NCBI GenBank assembly: GCA_050013255.1
Contig: JBEKFP010000001.1
Location: 192,001 to 256,000 of the forward strand
From: Candidatus Bathyarchaeia archaeon
GTDB taxonomy: Archaea > Thermoproteota > Bathyarchaeia > 40CM-2-53-6
Direction: 5' to 3'
Length of the DNA: 64,000 nucleotides
The notes under the pieces are model-generated. The model saw only the letters and a program-made list of their open reading frames with translations, did not search any database and was not told where the DNA came from. Positions within the stretch are counted from its first letter, which is position 1. Every line of letters begins with the position of its first letter. This document shows positions 41,613 through 51,779 of the stretch, piece after piece. Made by a program: the position numbers and the translations under genes.

Positions 41613-42071
41613 ATGGAAATTAAGGTCAAAGCAGGAGACAAAGCTCCCGACTTCGAAGGGCCAACCTCGGACGGCAGCCGATTAGGACTCAAGAATTTTG
41701 CTGGAAAGAAGAACGTCGTGCTCTACTTTTACCCCAAGGACGATGCGCCAGGCTGCACGAGGGAAGCTTGCAGCTTCAGGGACAATATACAACCAATTAG
41801 AGACATGGGCGCAGAAATAGTAGGCGTCAGCCTTGACAGCATTCAGTCCCACGACAGCTTCGCAAAGAAATACCAATTACCGTTCCCATTGATTAGCGAC
41901 AAAGACAAGCGCGTTGCTATGGCCTACGGTGTCCTCAGGGATATCGGGTTGTCCGCGAACCGAATAACCTTCATCATTGACAAGAATGGAGTGGTGGCAA
42001 AAGTTTTCCCTAAAGTTGACGTGTCCAAACACACCGAGGAAGTCGTAGCAGCCCTAAAGGAACTAGCCTGA
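41613..42071 (+). CDS. bcp: peroxiredoxin Bcp/PrxQ
   Basis: YFYPKDDAPGCTREAC. Confidence 0.9.
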   Translation: MEIKVKAGDKAPDFEGPTSDGSRLGLKNFAGKKNVVLYFYPKDDAPGCTREACSFRDNIQPIRDMGAEIVGVSLDSIQSHDSFAKKYQLPFPLISDKDKRVAMAYGVLRDIGLSANRITFIIDKNGVVAKVFPKVDVSKHTEEVVAALKELA

Positions 42072-42189
42072 AGCCCAATTCCTGTCTGTCGTTGAAGCGA
42101 CACGCCCATCAAGAATCTGACAAACTTTTTCAATGCTTACAGACTCCCGCGTGCGTAATTATCACTCGATAGGGGCAGTGGAATAACAG

Positions 42190-42708
42190 GTGAGTCAAGA
42201 AACACTGCAGGACTTCGCTGGGATTTGGATTGGAAAGATCAGCGAAGTCGTTAGAACGATAGTTGGTTCAGGCCCGATCAAGTACTTGATCAACTGGAGC
42301 CGAATGTATGCGCTGTGGCCAGTGCACATTACCACAGCTTGTTGCAGCGCAGAGTTTGGCGCAATGATGGGCCCTCGGCTCGACCCTGAAAGGTTTGGTT
42401 TACAGGCGGTTGCGGGAGGCCTTCGGCAATGCGACCTGATCATTGTGGAAGGTACCGTTACAAAGAAAATGGCCAAGCGCCTCAAAATTGTTTACGAGCA
42501 GATGGCCAAGCCAAGGTATGTAATTGCAATGGGGGACTGCGCTTGTTCTGGGGGCCTCTTTCATGATTCATACAGCATCGTAAATGACGTGCACAAACTA
42601 TTCCCAGTAGATGTGTACGTGCCGGGATGCCCACCTAGGCCCGAAGCACTCCTCAGCGCTATCGTGAAACTACGGGAGAAAATACGGAGAGAAGAGGTCT
42701 TCGCCTAG
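42190..42708 (+). CDS. nuoB: NADH-quinone oxidoreductase subunit B
   Basis: TACCSAE, GDCACSGG, VDVYVPGCPPRPE. Confidence 0.92.
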   Translation: MSQETLQDFAGIWIGKISEVVRTIVGSGPIKYLINWSRMYALWPVHITTACCSAEFGAMMGPRLDPERFGLQAVAGGLRQCDLIIVEGTVTKKMAKRLKIVYEQMAKPRYVIAMGDCACSGGLFHDSYSIVNDVHKLFPVDVYVPGCPPRPEALLSAIVKLREKIRREEVFA

Positions 42709-43202
42709 TGGCCCAAGTCGCGCTTCCCCGAGAGGAAGAAATAATCAATCAACTGAAAAGCCAATTTCCGGAAGCGATCAAAGAAACCAAGGTCGACCGA
42801 GCGCGGCGCGTAACCATCACCTTTGACAAGGACCATCTCCTGGAAATTGCAACATTCATGCGCGACCAAGCTGGCTTCGACCACGTAAAAGGAATTGCAG
42901 GCATCGACTACCCACCCCACAAGAAGATAGAGGTCCTATATTTCACGGCCTCATTCTCGAAACCAGACATTCAAGATCTTGTCGTTATTCTGAAAACAGA
43001 ATTACCCCGGGATAACCCATCGATCGCCTCCGTCGTTTCTGTGTGGCAAAGCGCGCATTTCCACGAACGGGAAACATTCGAAATGTTCGGGGTAAAATTC
43101 GAGGGGCACCCTGACCTAAGAAAACTACTCACGTTGGACAATTGGGATGGACCACCCCCGATGTTAAAGGATATTAAATTCCCTGAGATGGGCCAACGAT
43201 GA
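42708..43202 (+). CDS. nuoC: NADH-quinone oxidoreductase subunit C
   Basis: HERETFEMFGVKFEGHPDLR. Confidence 0.92.
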   Translation: MAQVALPREEEIINQLKSQFPEAIKETKVDRARRVTITFDKDHLLEIATFMRDQAGFDHVKGIAGIDYPPHKKIEVLYFTASFSKPDIQDLVVILKTELPRDNPSIASVVSVWQSAHFHERETFEMFGVKFEGHPDLRKLLTLDNWDGPPPMLKDIKFPEMGQR

Positions 43203-44347
43203 CAACACCCCCAGCTGAGACAAAGCCTCCAGCCCCTCCCATCACGATCACTAAGACTGCAGAACCGTCAACCCTGGACGTATCCGTTGGGCCCCAACAC
43301 CCAGGATCCGGACATTTACGAATGCTCATCCGAGTCGACGGCGACTACATCGTATCCGTAGACCTCGACATAGGCTATGTTCACCGAGGCTGCGAGAAAA
43401 TCGCCGAGTATCGAAATTACGTGAGTAACATCCCGCATCTTGAGAGACCATGCATCATAGACGCCATCCACCTAAACTGGGGCTACGTGCTCCCCGTTGA
43501 AGAACTCCAAGGCGTCGAAGTCCCCCCTCGTGGCCAATATATCTCAACCATCGCGGCTGAAATGAACCGCATAATGAGCCACCTTTATTGGCTGGCAATC
43601 AACGCCGGAGTCTTCTCTGGGCACACAACAATTTTCATGTGGGCCTTCGGCGACCGGGACCTATTCATAGAACTCGCAGAGATGCTGACAGGTGCACGCT
43701 TAACGTACTCGTTTCTTCCGCCAGGCGGCCCCAGGCGAGATTTGCCCTTTGGATTTGAAGACAAACTCACCAAACTACTCGATTACTTTGAGAAGAGGCT
43801 TGTCGAGTACGACCGAATCTTCTTCAGTAATCCACTCGTCGTCGCCCGCGCTAAGGGAATTGGTGTCCTCAAGCGGCAGGAAGCAATAGAGTTAGGTGTA
43901 GCAGGCCCAGTGCTCCGAGGGTCAGGCGTTAAGTACGATGTTCGAAAGGTCGAACCGTACGGAGCGTACGCGGATCTCGATTTTGAAATTCCGACTTACC
44001 AAGAAGGCGACTCCTATGCTAGGTTCATGGTAAGATTTGACGAGATGAAACAGAGTATCAAGATCCTTCGACAAGCGCTCGAGAAAATTCCGAAAGGGCC
44101 CATCGCTCGAAAAGCTCCGCTTGTCGCGCCTGAAGGTGAAGCAACTGGCCGCGTTGAATCTTCCCGCGGAGAATATGCGGTGATGGTTATGGGCGACAAT
44201 AGCGACAAGCCGTACCGAGTCAAAATCATGAACGCCTCCTTCCGAAACTTAATCGCACTACCCTACCTCATCCGCAACGTGCATGTTGCTGATATGCCAA
44301 TCATCTATGGAAGCTTAGACTACTGGCCCGTCGAGGCGGACAGGTAA
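43199..44347 (+). CDS. nuoD: NADH-quinone oxidoreductase subunit D
   Basis: GPQHP, GYVHRGCEK, LRGSG, GDSYAR; no complete NiFe CxxC motifs. Confidence 0.92.
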   Translation: MTTPPAETKPPAPPITITKTAEPSTLDVSVGPQHPGSGHLRMLIRVDGDYIVSVDLDIGYVHRGCEKIAEYRNYVSNIPHLERPCIIDAIHLNWGYVLPVEELQGVEVPPRGQYISTIAAEMNRIMSHLYWLAINAGVFSGHTTIFMWAFGDRDLFIELAEMLTGARLTYSFLPPGGPRRDLPFGFEDKLTKLLDYFEKRLVEYDRIFFSNPLVVARAKGIGVLKRQEAIELGVAGPVLRGSGVKYDVRKVEPYGAYADLDFEIPTYQEGDSYARFMVRFDEMKQSIKILRQALEKIPKGPIARKAPLVAPEGEATGRVESSRGEYAVMVMGDNSDKPYRVKIMNASFRNLIALPYLIRNVHVADMPIIYGSLDYWPVEADR

Positions 44348-44364
44348 CTGGAGGCACAATCGGC

Positions 44365-45960
44365 ATGGTATTCGAGGCAATGTACGAAGGAATCAAACAC
44401 ATCTTCAAACGAACATTCACCTTGAAGTACCCCTACCAGAAAGTTTTGCTCCCGAAAGGGTTCAGAGGCCGACACCAGCTTTACATGGAGAAGTGCACAG
44501 GCTGCGGAATCTGCGCGTGGATCTGCCCCGAGAGATGCATAAGCATGGTCCCAGTCACTGACCAAAAGGAATATCCACAAAACCCCGAGAAAAGATTCCC
44601 ACAGTACTGGTACGCCCGCTGCTGTTTTTGCCATTTCTGCGTGGCCCCGGACACACTGGTCACCACCAACCCATCTGTTAAGCCGATCAGTGAAATCCAA
44701 GTAGGCGACCGCGTCTTAACGCACACTGGCTTGCATCGTAAGGTGCGCCAAGTCTACAAACATGACTACTCGGGAAGACTATACACGATAAGGCCTTTGG
44801 GCGCTCCCTTCCCGCTCAAGGTAACAGAAGACCACCCACTTCTTGTTTCAACCAGAAACGTCGTAAAGAAGGGACGACTTGAGAAACAAGTTCGAGAACC
44901 TTCTTGGAAGACACCGAAGGAGTTGAAAGCTGGAGATTACTTGACCCTCCCGATTATGAAGGAAACTCGAGACATCGACTTCTTCGAGCAGCGGGTTACA
45001 GTCGGACAACCGAGCACCGGCAAACGACTACCTCGGCAACTAAAGCTTCCAGCAAGTCCTGAGCTATTCAGGTTAGTTGGCTACTATCTCGCTGAGGGCT
45101 ATGCTGTAAGAAGAACAGTTGGCTTCTCCTTCGGAGAACATGAAACCGAATACATCAACGACACGATCCGGCTGCTCAAGAAGCTGTTCAATGGTAAGCC
45201 GAAGACGCAGACCATTCACCACTCAACGCATGTTCTACTGCACTCCGTTGTAGCCCTCCAATTCTTCGAGACATTTGGACGCAGCTCAGACGGAAAGAAA
45301 GTACCAGATTGGATGATGTTCGCGCCGGTTAAGAAACAAAGAGAATTGGTGCTAGGCGCATGGCGCGGCGATGGATATCTCCATGAACCAACTAAGGGCA
45401 ATAAATCAACGTTCTTTGAATATGTCACCGTCTCTCGAACCCTAGCATTCCAGCTGCAGCAACTGCTTATGAGAATGAATCTAGTCGGGGAATTGGCAAG
45501 CCCTCAACACAAGAACAGGAAGCGCTCCTATGTCCTCGCAGTTCGTGGCAAGTTCGTCCCGCGGATGGCAGAGCTCATGGGCATCAAGTTCAGAGATGTT
45601 CGCGAAAAGACATTTACTAGATTTGAACTAGATGACAACTACGTGTATGCACCAATTCTAAGAATCTCATCAACCGACGTTACGAACCAGCCTGTGGTCA
45701 ACCTCTCGGTTGAAGGGGACGAATCTTACGTTGCAGGAAATGTCACAGCGCACAATTGTACCGATTATTGTCCGACTGGGGCGTTGGATTATACGCCTGA
45801 TTATGAGTTGGCTGAGTATGATCGTGAGTTACTTCTCTGGAGCCCGGAACGACTCTCGAGGCCGGCAACCAACATTGGCGAGTACCAGTCGGTCTTGCAT
45901 GGCAACAAGGGCAGCATGGGCGTCACGTTTGAGCTCGTAAACAAGCGGAAATCAGGCTGA
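44365..45960 (+). CDS. nuoI: NADH-quinone oxidoreductase subunit I containing an intein
   Basis: CTGCGICAWICP and CCFCHF/CTDYCP; 158 aa after intein removal. Confidence 0.9.
   Translation: MVFEAMYEGIKHIFKRTFTLKYPYQKVLLPKGFRGRHQLYMEKCTGCGICAWICPERCISMVPVTDQKEYPQNPEKRFPQYWYARCCFCHFCVAPDTLVTTNPSVKPISEIQVGDRVLTHTGLHRKVRQVYKHDYSGRLYTIRPLGAPFPLKVTEDHPLLVSTRNVVKKGRLEKQVREPSWKTPKELKAGDYLTLPIMKETRDIDFFEQRVTVGQPSTGKRLPRQLKLPASPELFRLVGYYLAEGYAVRRTVGFSFGEHETEYINDTIRLLKKLFNGKPKTQTIHHSTHVLLHSVVALQFFETFGRSSDGKKVPDWMMFAPVKKQRELVLGAWRGDGYLHEPTKGNKSTFFEYVTVSRTLAFQLQQLLMRMNLVGELASPQHKNRKRSYVLAVRGKFVPRMAELMGIKFRDVREKTFTRFELDDNYVYAPILRISSTDVTNQPVVNLSVEGDESYVAGNVTAHNCTDYCPTGALDYTPDYELAEYDRELLLWSPERLSRPATNIGEYQSVLHGNKGSMGVTFELVNKRKSG
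44638..45756 (+). mobile_element. 373-aa intein with LAGLIDADG homing endonuclease
   Basis: Block A CVAPDTLV, block B TEDHP, LAGLIDADG GYYLAEG and GAWRGDG, block F VVNLSVEGDESYVA, block G HN followed by extein Cys. Confidence 0.93.
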
Positions 45961-46010
45961 GCCTGTGCTAAGACTGAAATTCTAGTCCGCAGTTCTGTAG
46001 TGAGAGAACA

Positions 46011-46115
46011 ATGTCAGACGTCACCGATGATATAGAGCGGAAGAGGGAGAAGAGAACTAAGGCACGCAAGCGTACGCGTGGTCCTTACAGGAAGTCGTCG
46101 CCGCTTCCATTCTGA
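46011..46115 (+). CDS. 34-aa basic microprotein
   Basis: MSDVTDDIERKREKRTKARKRTRGPYRKSSPLPF, between nuoI and sufC. Confidence 0.55.
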   Translation: MSDVTDDIERKREKRTKARKRTRGPYRKSSPLPF

Positions 46116-46117
46116 TT

Positions 46118-46135
46118 TTATTACGTACGTCATAC
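46118..46135. promoter_or_regulatory. palindromic operator candidate upstream of sufC
   Basis: TTATTAC-GTAC-GTCATAC. Confidence 0.6.
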
Positions 46136-46189
46136 TTAATAGCGAGAGCTAAGTTCTAGCGGAATTAGACAAATCACATGTGACGCATA

Positions 46190-46987
46190 ATGCCAACTAC
46201 GCTTGAAATCAAAGACCTCCACGTAAGCATCGAGGGCAAACAGATTCTGAAAGGGGTCAACCTGAAAGTCACACAAGGTGAAATTCACGCGGTCATGGGG
46301 CCAAACGGGTCTGGTAAGAGCACACTGGCGAACACGCTCATGGGCCACCCCAAATACAAGGTGGAGAGCGGCGACATCCTCGTTAATGGAGAGAGCATCC
46401 TTGGCCTACCCCCCGACGCCCGAGCCAAGAAAGGGCTCTTCTTAGCTTTCCAGTACCCTCTTGAAATCTCAGGCGTCCCACTTGCGCAGTTCCTACGCGC
46501 CGCCTACAGATCATTGAGGGGCGAGACGCCAAAGAACGCTGACTCGAAAGGTGTCGGCGGCGAGATGATCTCCGCCCTCGCATTCAAGAAGAAGCTTGAG
46601 GAGAAGTTGAAGGAGGTTGACATGGATCCTGCCTTCGCGAAACGCTACTTGAACGAAGGATTCTCCGGCGGAGAGAAGAAGCGTGCCGAAGTCCTCCAGA
46701 TGGCAATTCTTCAACCGGCAATCGCGATTATGGATGAAACTGATTCCGGGTTGGATATTGACGCAGTCAGGAAGGTGGCTGAGGTTGTTGCCCACATGGC
46801 TGGGCCGGAAATGGGCGTGCTTCTAATAACGCATTACCAGCGGATTCTGGACTACATAAAACCCCAATTCGTCCACGTTATGGTGAATGGCCGCATATTC
46901 CGCTCCGGAGGACCGGAATTAGCTAAAATGCTAGAAGAACGGGGTTACTCGTGGGTGGAGCAAGAGGCTGCAGCTACCGCTACTTGA
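46190..46987 (+). CDS. sufC: Fe-S cluster assembly ATPase SufC
   Basis: GPNGSGKST, FQYP, FSGGEKKR, DETDSGLD, THYQR. Confidence 0.95.
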   Translation: MPTTLEIKDLHVSIEGKQILKGVNLKVTQGEIHAVMGPNGSGKSTLANTLMGHPKYKVESGDILVNGESILGLPPDARAKKGLFLAFQYPLEISGVPLAQFLRAAYRSLRGETPKNADSKGVGGEMISALAFKKKLEEKLKEVDMDPAFAKRYLNEGFSGGEKKRAEVLQMAILQPAIAIMDETDSGLDIDAVRKVAEVVAHMAGPEMGVLLITHYQRILDYIKPQFVHVMVNGRIFRSGGPELAKMLEERGYSWVEQEAAATAT

Positions 46988-46996
46988 AAGGAACAC

Positions 46997-47014
46997 TTAT
47001 TACGTATGTCATAA
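46997..47014. promoter_or_regulatory. palindromic operator candidate upstream of sufB
   Basis: TTATTAC-GTAT-GTCATAA. Confidence 0.6.
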
Positions 47015-47033
47015 GAGAGGTTGTTGATTCGCT

Positions 47034-48437
47034 TTGGCAACTAAGCAAACCCTAGACATCGACTATACCAAGTATAACTTCAGAGACTCCACCGAAGATT
47101 ACGAGTACAAGTTTCCGAAGGGCCTCACACGAGAGGTTGTCGAGAAGATCTCTGCGATAAAGAAGGAACCTGACTGGATGCTCCAGTTTAGGCTGCGTGC
47201 TTACGACCATTTCGTCAAGAGACCGTTGCCCATGTGGGGTGGCGACTTGACCACTCTCAAATTCGATGATATGTTGTATTACGCCAGCCCAACTGAAAAG
47301 AAGAGCCGTTCATGGGAAGACGTGCCTGCGTACATTAAGGATACATTCGATAAGCTGGGCATTCCTGAAGCTGAGAGAAAATTCCTCGGCGGCGTGGGCG
47401 CCCAGTATGAATCCGAAGTTGTATACCACAGCCTTAGAGAAGACCTGGCGAAGAAGGGCATCATTTTCACAGACACCGACACCGCACTCCGAGAGTACCC
47501 GGAAATTTTCAAGAAATATTTCGGAACCGTAATCCCGCCGGAAGATAACAAGTTCGCGGCGTTGAACAGTGCGGTGTGGAGTGGTGGGAGTTTTATCTAC
47601 GTGCCGCCGGGCGTTAACGTCGATGTACCCCTTCAGGCGTACTTTAGAATTAACACGCAAAACATGGGGCAATTCGAGCGAACACTCATCATTGCCGATG
47701 AGAATAGCCGGTTGCATTACATAGAAGGCTGTACGGCCCCAATCTATTCTACCGATTCACTGCACTCAGCCGTGGTCGAGATCATAGCAAGACCAGGCGC
47801 GCACGTACGCTACACGACAATCCAGAATTGGTCTAATGACGTCTACAACCTAGTTACGAAGCGAGCATACGCATATGCTAACGCAACTGTTGAATGGGTT
47901 GACGGAAACCTCGGCAGCAAACTCACAATGAAGTACCCGTCCATCTACCTGCTCGGCCCAGGAGCGAAGGGCGAAATTCTATCAGTAGCCTTCGCCGGCA
48001 AAGGCCAACACCAAGACGCCGGCGGCAAAGTTGTACACCTCGCCCCACACACGACTTCCAGAATCACTTCCAAGTCCGTTTCCAAAGATGGCGGAAGAAC
48101 AACTTACCGAGGCCTACTACACGTCGCTAAGGGAGCTAAGGGGGTCAAGTCGACCGTACGATGCGACGCCCTACTACTTGACGAGTACTCAAGGACCGAC
48201 ACTTACCCATACAACGAGATCAACGAAGACGACGCGACGACAAGCCACGAGGCAACGGTTGGCAAGATCGGAGACGACCAGCTCTTCTATTTAATGTCCC
48301 GCGGACTTTCGGAGCAAGAGGCTCTCAGCATGATCGTCATGGGCTTCATGGAACCATTCACCAAGGAACTGCCGATGGAATATGCCATCGAATTGAACAG
48401 GCTCATCCAAATGGAAATGGCCGGCTCCGTCGGCTAG
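47034..48437 (+). CDS. sufB: Fe-S cluster assembly protein SufB
   Basis: [42 protein letters not shown]. Confidence 0.95.
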   Translation: MATKQTLDIDYTKYNFRDSTEDYEYKFPKGLTREVVEKISAIKKEPDWMLQFRLRAYDHFVKRPLPMWGGDLTTLKFDDMLYYASPTEKKSRSWEDVPAYIKDTFDKLGIPEAERKFLGGVGAQYESEVVYHSLREDLAKKGIIFTDTDTALREYPEIFKKYFGTVIPPEDNKFAALNSAVWSGGSFIYVPPGVNVDVPLQAYFRINTQNMGQFERTLIIADENSRLHYIEGCTAPIYSTDSLHSAVVEIIARPGAHVRYTTIQNWSNDVYNLVTKRAYAYANATVEWVDGNLGSKLTMKYPSIYLLGPGAKGEILSVAFAGKGQHQDAGGKVVHLAPHTTSRITSKSVSKDGGRTTYRGLLHVAKGAKGVKSTVRCDALLLDEYSRTDTYPYNEINEDDATTSHEATVGKIGDDQLFYLMSRGLSEQEALSMIVMGFMEPFTKELPMEYAIELNRLIQMEMAGSVG

Positions 48438-48499
48438 ACACCTCTTTTTTACCCACGTAACCCGTACCGGTACCCGTAACCTGAGAACGTGTTCCAGCA

Positions 48500-49915
48500 A
48501 TGTCAGAGTTGACATTAACAAAAGCAAGCGAACAGCACATCCGATCCTTAGCGGAATCCAGGCATGAACCCGAATGGTTACGGGAATTTCGCATCAAATC
48601 ACTCAACCTGTTTCGCAAGCTTCCCGTCGAACTCTCAAATTTGTATACGAAGTACGTGGACCTTGCAGGCGTCGACTTCGAATCAGTCAGCTTAGCCCCT
48701 TCAGAGCCGTCCGAGTCTCAAATTGAGGACGTTATGGCTAAGCTGAAGTCTGACAAGGCGATCACGATTTTTCAAATTGAATCGAAAACTTTCCCAGCCG
48801 AGATGCCCGAAGCTCTCCGAAAGGAAGGCGTAGTCTTTGCGGATATCGGGACTGCGATTCGAAGCGAACCAGAATTATTCCGTCGCTATTTCCTGGAGAA
48901 AGCAATTCTTCCTGAGGATGATAAGTTCGCGGCATTGAACAACGCGCTCTTCACTTCAGGGTTCTACTTACATGTCCCGAAGGGACTTGAAGTAATCGTC
49001 CCATTCAGGGTCGTAACCATACTCGACTCGGAGGGGCACGGAGTTTTCGCCCAGAACCTTGTAATGGCGGACAATCGGAGTAAGTTTACGATCCTTGAAG
49101 AGTTGTATTCGACTCGCTCAACAGGCCAGTCGAAGTCTACGTACAGTGGGCTATCTGAAGTCTACTTGCACGAAGGCGCAGAAGTTACGTACGGAAGCAT
49201 AAACAACCTATCCCAAAACGTGAACATATTTTCGAACAAGAAATCAATAGGGGAACGGGATAGCAAGATCGTTTGGTCCACAGGATTGCTCGGGGGCGCC
49301 TATACAAGGTCCCGGCTAGAGAGCGTCATGAAGGAATCCGGTGCGTCTTCTGAGAACGTGGAGGTTGTTTTTGGGGCTGGGACGCAACGCTTCGACACTG
49401 TCTCGAACATTACTCATAGCGGGCCAAATACTAGCGGCCACGCTATTTCAAAAGGAGTAGTCAAAGATAAGGCAAAGGCAATCTTCAAGGGTATGATCAG
49501 AATCGAAGCGAACGCTAAGAACTCGCGGGCCTACCTCGCAGAACACGCCATGATACTCAGCAAAGACGCCCTAGCCGACGCAATCCCCGGCCTCGAGATC
49601 GAAACGAACGATGTGAAGGCCACGCATTCGGCGTCGGTCGCGCAAATCGATGAGGAAGAAATCTTCTACCTAATGGCCAGAGGCCTCTCGAAAGATGAAG
49701 CGAAGAAACTCATCATCGTCGGATTCTTCGAACCACTCGTGGAACGCATTCCAGTTCCCGAAGTTGCAAGACGCATTCGAAGAATCATAGACCTGAAATG
49801 GTCAGGCATCTACGACTTCGCCTCCAGCCTCACGATCCCAGCCTTTGACGACGAGTACTACGAAGAGGGACAGAAGACCCGCGACATATTCGAAGGACAC
49901 TACAAGTACCGTTAG
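48500..49915 (+). CDS. sufD: Fe-S cluster assembly protein SufD
   Basis: DKFAALN, IPGLEIETNDVKATHSASV, FYLMARG. Confidence 0.9.
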   Translation: MSELTLTKASEQHIRSLAESRHEPEWLREFRIKSLNLFRKLPVELSNLYTKYVDLAGVDFESVSLAPSEPSESQIEDVMAKLKSDKAITIFQIESKTFPAEMPEALRKEGVVFADIGTAIRSEPELFRRYFLEKAILPEDDKFAALNNALFTSGFYLHVPKGLEVIVPFRVVTILDSEGHGVFAQNLVMADNRSKFTILEELYSTRSTGQSKSTYSGLSEVYLHEGAEVTYGSINNLSQNVNIFSNKKSIGERDSKIVWSTGLLGGAYTRSRLESVMKESGASSENVEVVFGAGTQRFDTVSNITHSGPNTSGHAISKGVVKDKAKAIFKGMIRIEANAKNSRAYLAEHAMILSKDALADAIPGLEIETNDVKATHSASVAQIDEEEIFYLMARGLSKDEAKKLIIVGFFEPLVERIPVPEVARRIRRIIDLKWSGIYDFASSLTIPAFDDEYYEEGQKTRDIFEGHYKYR

Positions 49916-50013
49916 CGCTAATATGATTGAGAGGCCTCTGGTTGAATCGGGCTTCTATGGTGATACACTGAAGCGTATCGCCAAACAAGATACCAAGTGC
50001 ATGTCTCTAACAG

Positions 50014-50982
50014 TCAATCTTCAAGCTGTGCCCGCAGCAATGATCGCAGTTCGATAGCCTTCGCATTTGGGTTTAGTGTTCGATCCAACACTATTATTCG
50101 GTTGCGGTCGTAGCGACCATTCGCGAGTCTCCTAAAAATAATTGACTCAGCCTTGCCACGACCAATGTAGGTCCCGGCAGAGTAATGCAGACTAAACCCG
50201 ACAAGGACTATGAGAGCATAATGGTAAGAAGTAGGTGCCCCTGCCCAGAGAACGTTGTAGAAAATTCCTAGCAGACTGACCAGTATGTTGAGACCGATAA
50301 TCGATCCCAATACACCGGTTAGAAGAGTTGAGTGAAATGGTCCTGAATTGATGCCGATAATCTTGAATCGCCTGAAATATGGAAGGGCGATCGAAGGGAC
50401 CAGGCCCGAGATCATGGTGATCACAATCAACCCCGGTGTCAGCCGAAGCGAAAATAGAACACCGCTCGCACGCTGAGGAGTAGCCAAGAAGTTCAATGAA
50501 TGCAGTACCAACCGTAGCACACCGGGCCTTGTACTTGCCGTCCTTGACGGGTCAGCACTGTAGATGTCCCATCCTATGGCAATCGACGTGAAGAACAATA
50601 CTAATGGCAGGTAGACTAAGTGAGATTTCGCGATGAGGGCCTTTCCGAGGTGCAAGAATTTTTCATCCTTAGGTCTGATCACCTGCTTCGTCTTAGTGAG
50701 CCTCGCAATCAATCCAGCTATGTTCAACGAGCACATGCCTCCGAGGAGTATGATTGATCCATAACCCAGGCCTACGACCAGAAGCCCTACTATTGACGTA
50801 AAGACTGCGACTGCAAATGGATCGAGACCAACATGGGTAAGCTGGGGGATTGAGAACGTTGAAACCGCAGCGACAGAATACGCAACGAATCCTAGGATCA
50901 GCGGTCCGGCCGCATCGATAACCGCGCCACGTTCGGTGAATTTCCTCATTCCACCAGGATCTCTGACCATCCTTAACCCCAT
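50014..50982 (-). CDS. hypothetical multi-pass membrane protein
   Basis: About 6 hydrophobic segments. Confidence 0.65.
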   Translation of the reverse strand: MGLRMVRDPGGMRKFTERGAVIDAAGPLILGFVAYSVAAVSTFSIPQLTHVGLDPFAVAVFTSIVGLLVVGLGYGSIILLGGMCSLNIAGLIARLTKTKQVIRPKDEKFLHLGKALIAKSHLVYLPLVLFFTSIAIGWDIYSADPSRTASTRPGVLRLVLHSLNFLATPQRASGVLFSLRLTPGLIVITMISGLVPSIALPYFRRFKIIGINSGPFHSTLLTGVLGSIIGLNILVSLLGIFYNVLWAGAPTSYHYALIVLVGFSLHYSAGTYIGRGKAESIIFRRLANGRYDRNRIIVLDRTLNPNAKAIELRSLLRAQLED

Positions 50983-51044
50983 ACTCTTGCTAGGAAACTG
51001 AAGGTGAACTAAAAGCAGGACTATTTACGTACATACTCTGGCTT

Positions 51045-51096
51045 GCTATCAATTCAATCAATTGGCAGAGATTCTATAAGGAGGGGAGCAACTGCT
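51045..51096 (+). repeat. ~52-bp direct repeat, copy A
   Basis: gctatcaattcaatcaattggcagagattctataaggaggggagcaactgct; 3 substitutions and 1 indel versus 62675-62727. Confidence 0.85.
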
Positions 51097-51179
51097 GATA
51101 TTTGTTACTGGGGAAAACCCATTCGACGGTTTCTTACAGCCCTACCCGTCCGACATCAACTTTACAGGGCCTCACAAGG

Positions 51180-51779
51180 TCAGAACACTCGGGTAATAGG
51201 CTTGAATGCGGGGACCGGCCGCGTCCTCGTCGCGAACATGGCCAACGCGATGCCCCAAGCACGGTCATCATGCGTCCCATCTGGGTGGCTGAATTGAATT
51301 TGACCGGCCTTGGTGAGCTGGAATCGTTCGATGTTCAACTCGTTGGCTAACTCAAGTTGGTAGGGGATCAGGAATCGGTTCTGCTGCATCATCATCTTGA
51401 GGTAGTTCATCACGTCCTGTTTGACCGGTGCGGAGAGGACGATGCCTTCCGCGTTATGGAGCGACTTCCTCGCCTCTTCTACGACGCTCTCTCCGACGCC
51501 CGTTTGGTCGATTAGAATTCTATGAACCGTTTGCAACTTCGCCGTGAGGACTCGAACGAAGCCGACAACGCCCGCCTCACCAGTGTACTCCGTTCCTAGC
51601 GGGAAGACCTTGAGGCCCACTAGGCGGAAGGTGTCCCCGTCTTTTCGGACGAGGGCTAGGACGCTGTAGTCCTGTTTCTTGCCGAGGTCGAGGCCGGCCC
51701 AGTAGTCAGCGCGGGAGGTCTGCTGCAAGTTCCGTCGCCCAGAAGCTTCGCAATTCTCCGCCGAACTCTCGGATTTCAA
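51180..51779 (-). CDS. terminase large subunit, C-terminal nuclease domain (out of frame with the ATPase half)
   Basis: AGLDLG, IDQTGVG, HDDRAW acidic triad. Confidence 0.8.
   Translation of the reverse strand: MKSESSAENCEASGRRNLQQTSRADYWAGLDLGKKQDYSVLALVRKDGDTFRLVGLKVFPLGTEYTGEAGVVGFVRVLTAKLQTVHRILIDQTGVGESVVEEARKSLHNAEGIVLSAPVKQDVMNYLKMMMQQNRFLIPYQLELANELNIERFQLTKAGQIQFSHPDGTHDDRAWGIALAMFATRTRPVPAFKPITRVF

Noticed and set aside
43199-44347. [NiFe]-hydrogenase large subunit
   Set aside because: Both CxxC Ni-binding motifs are incomplete (ERPCIID; DYWPVEADR), so the NuoD call is preferred.
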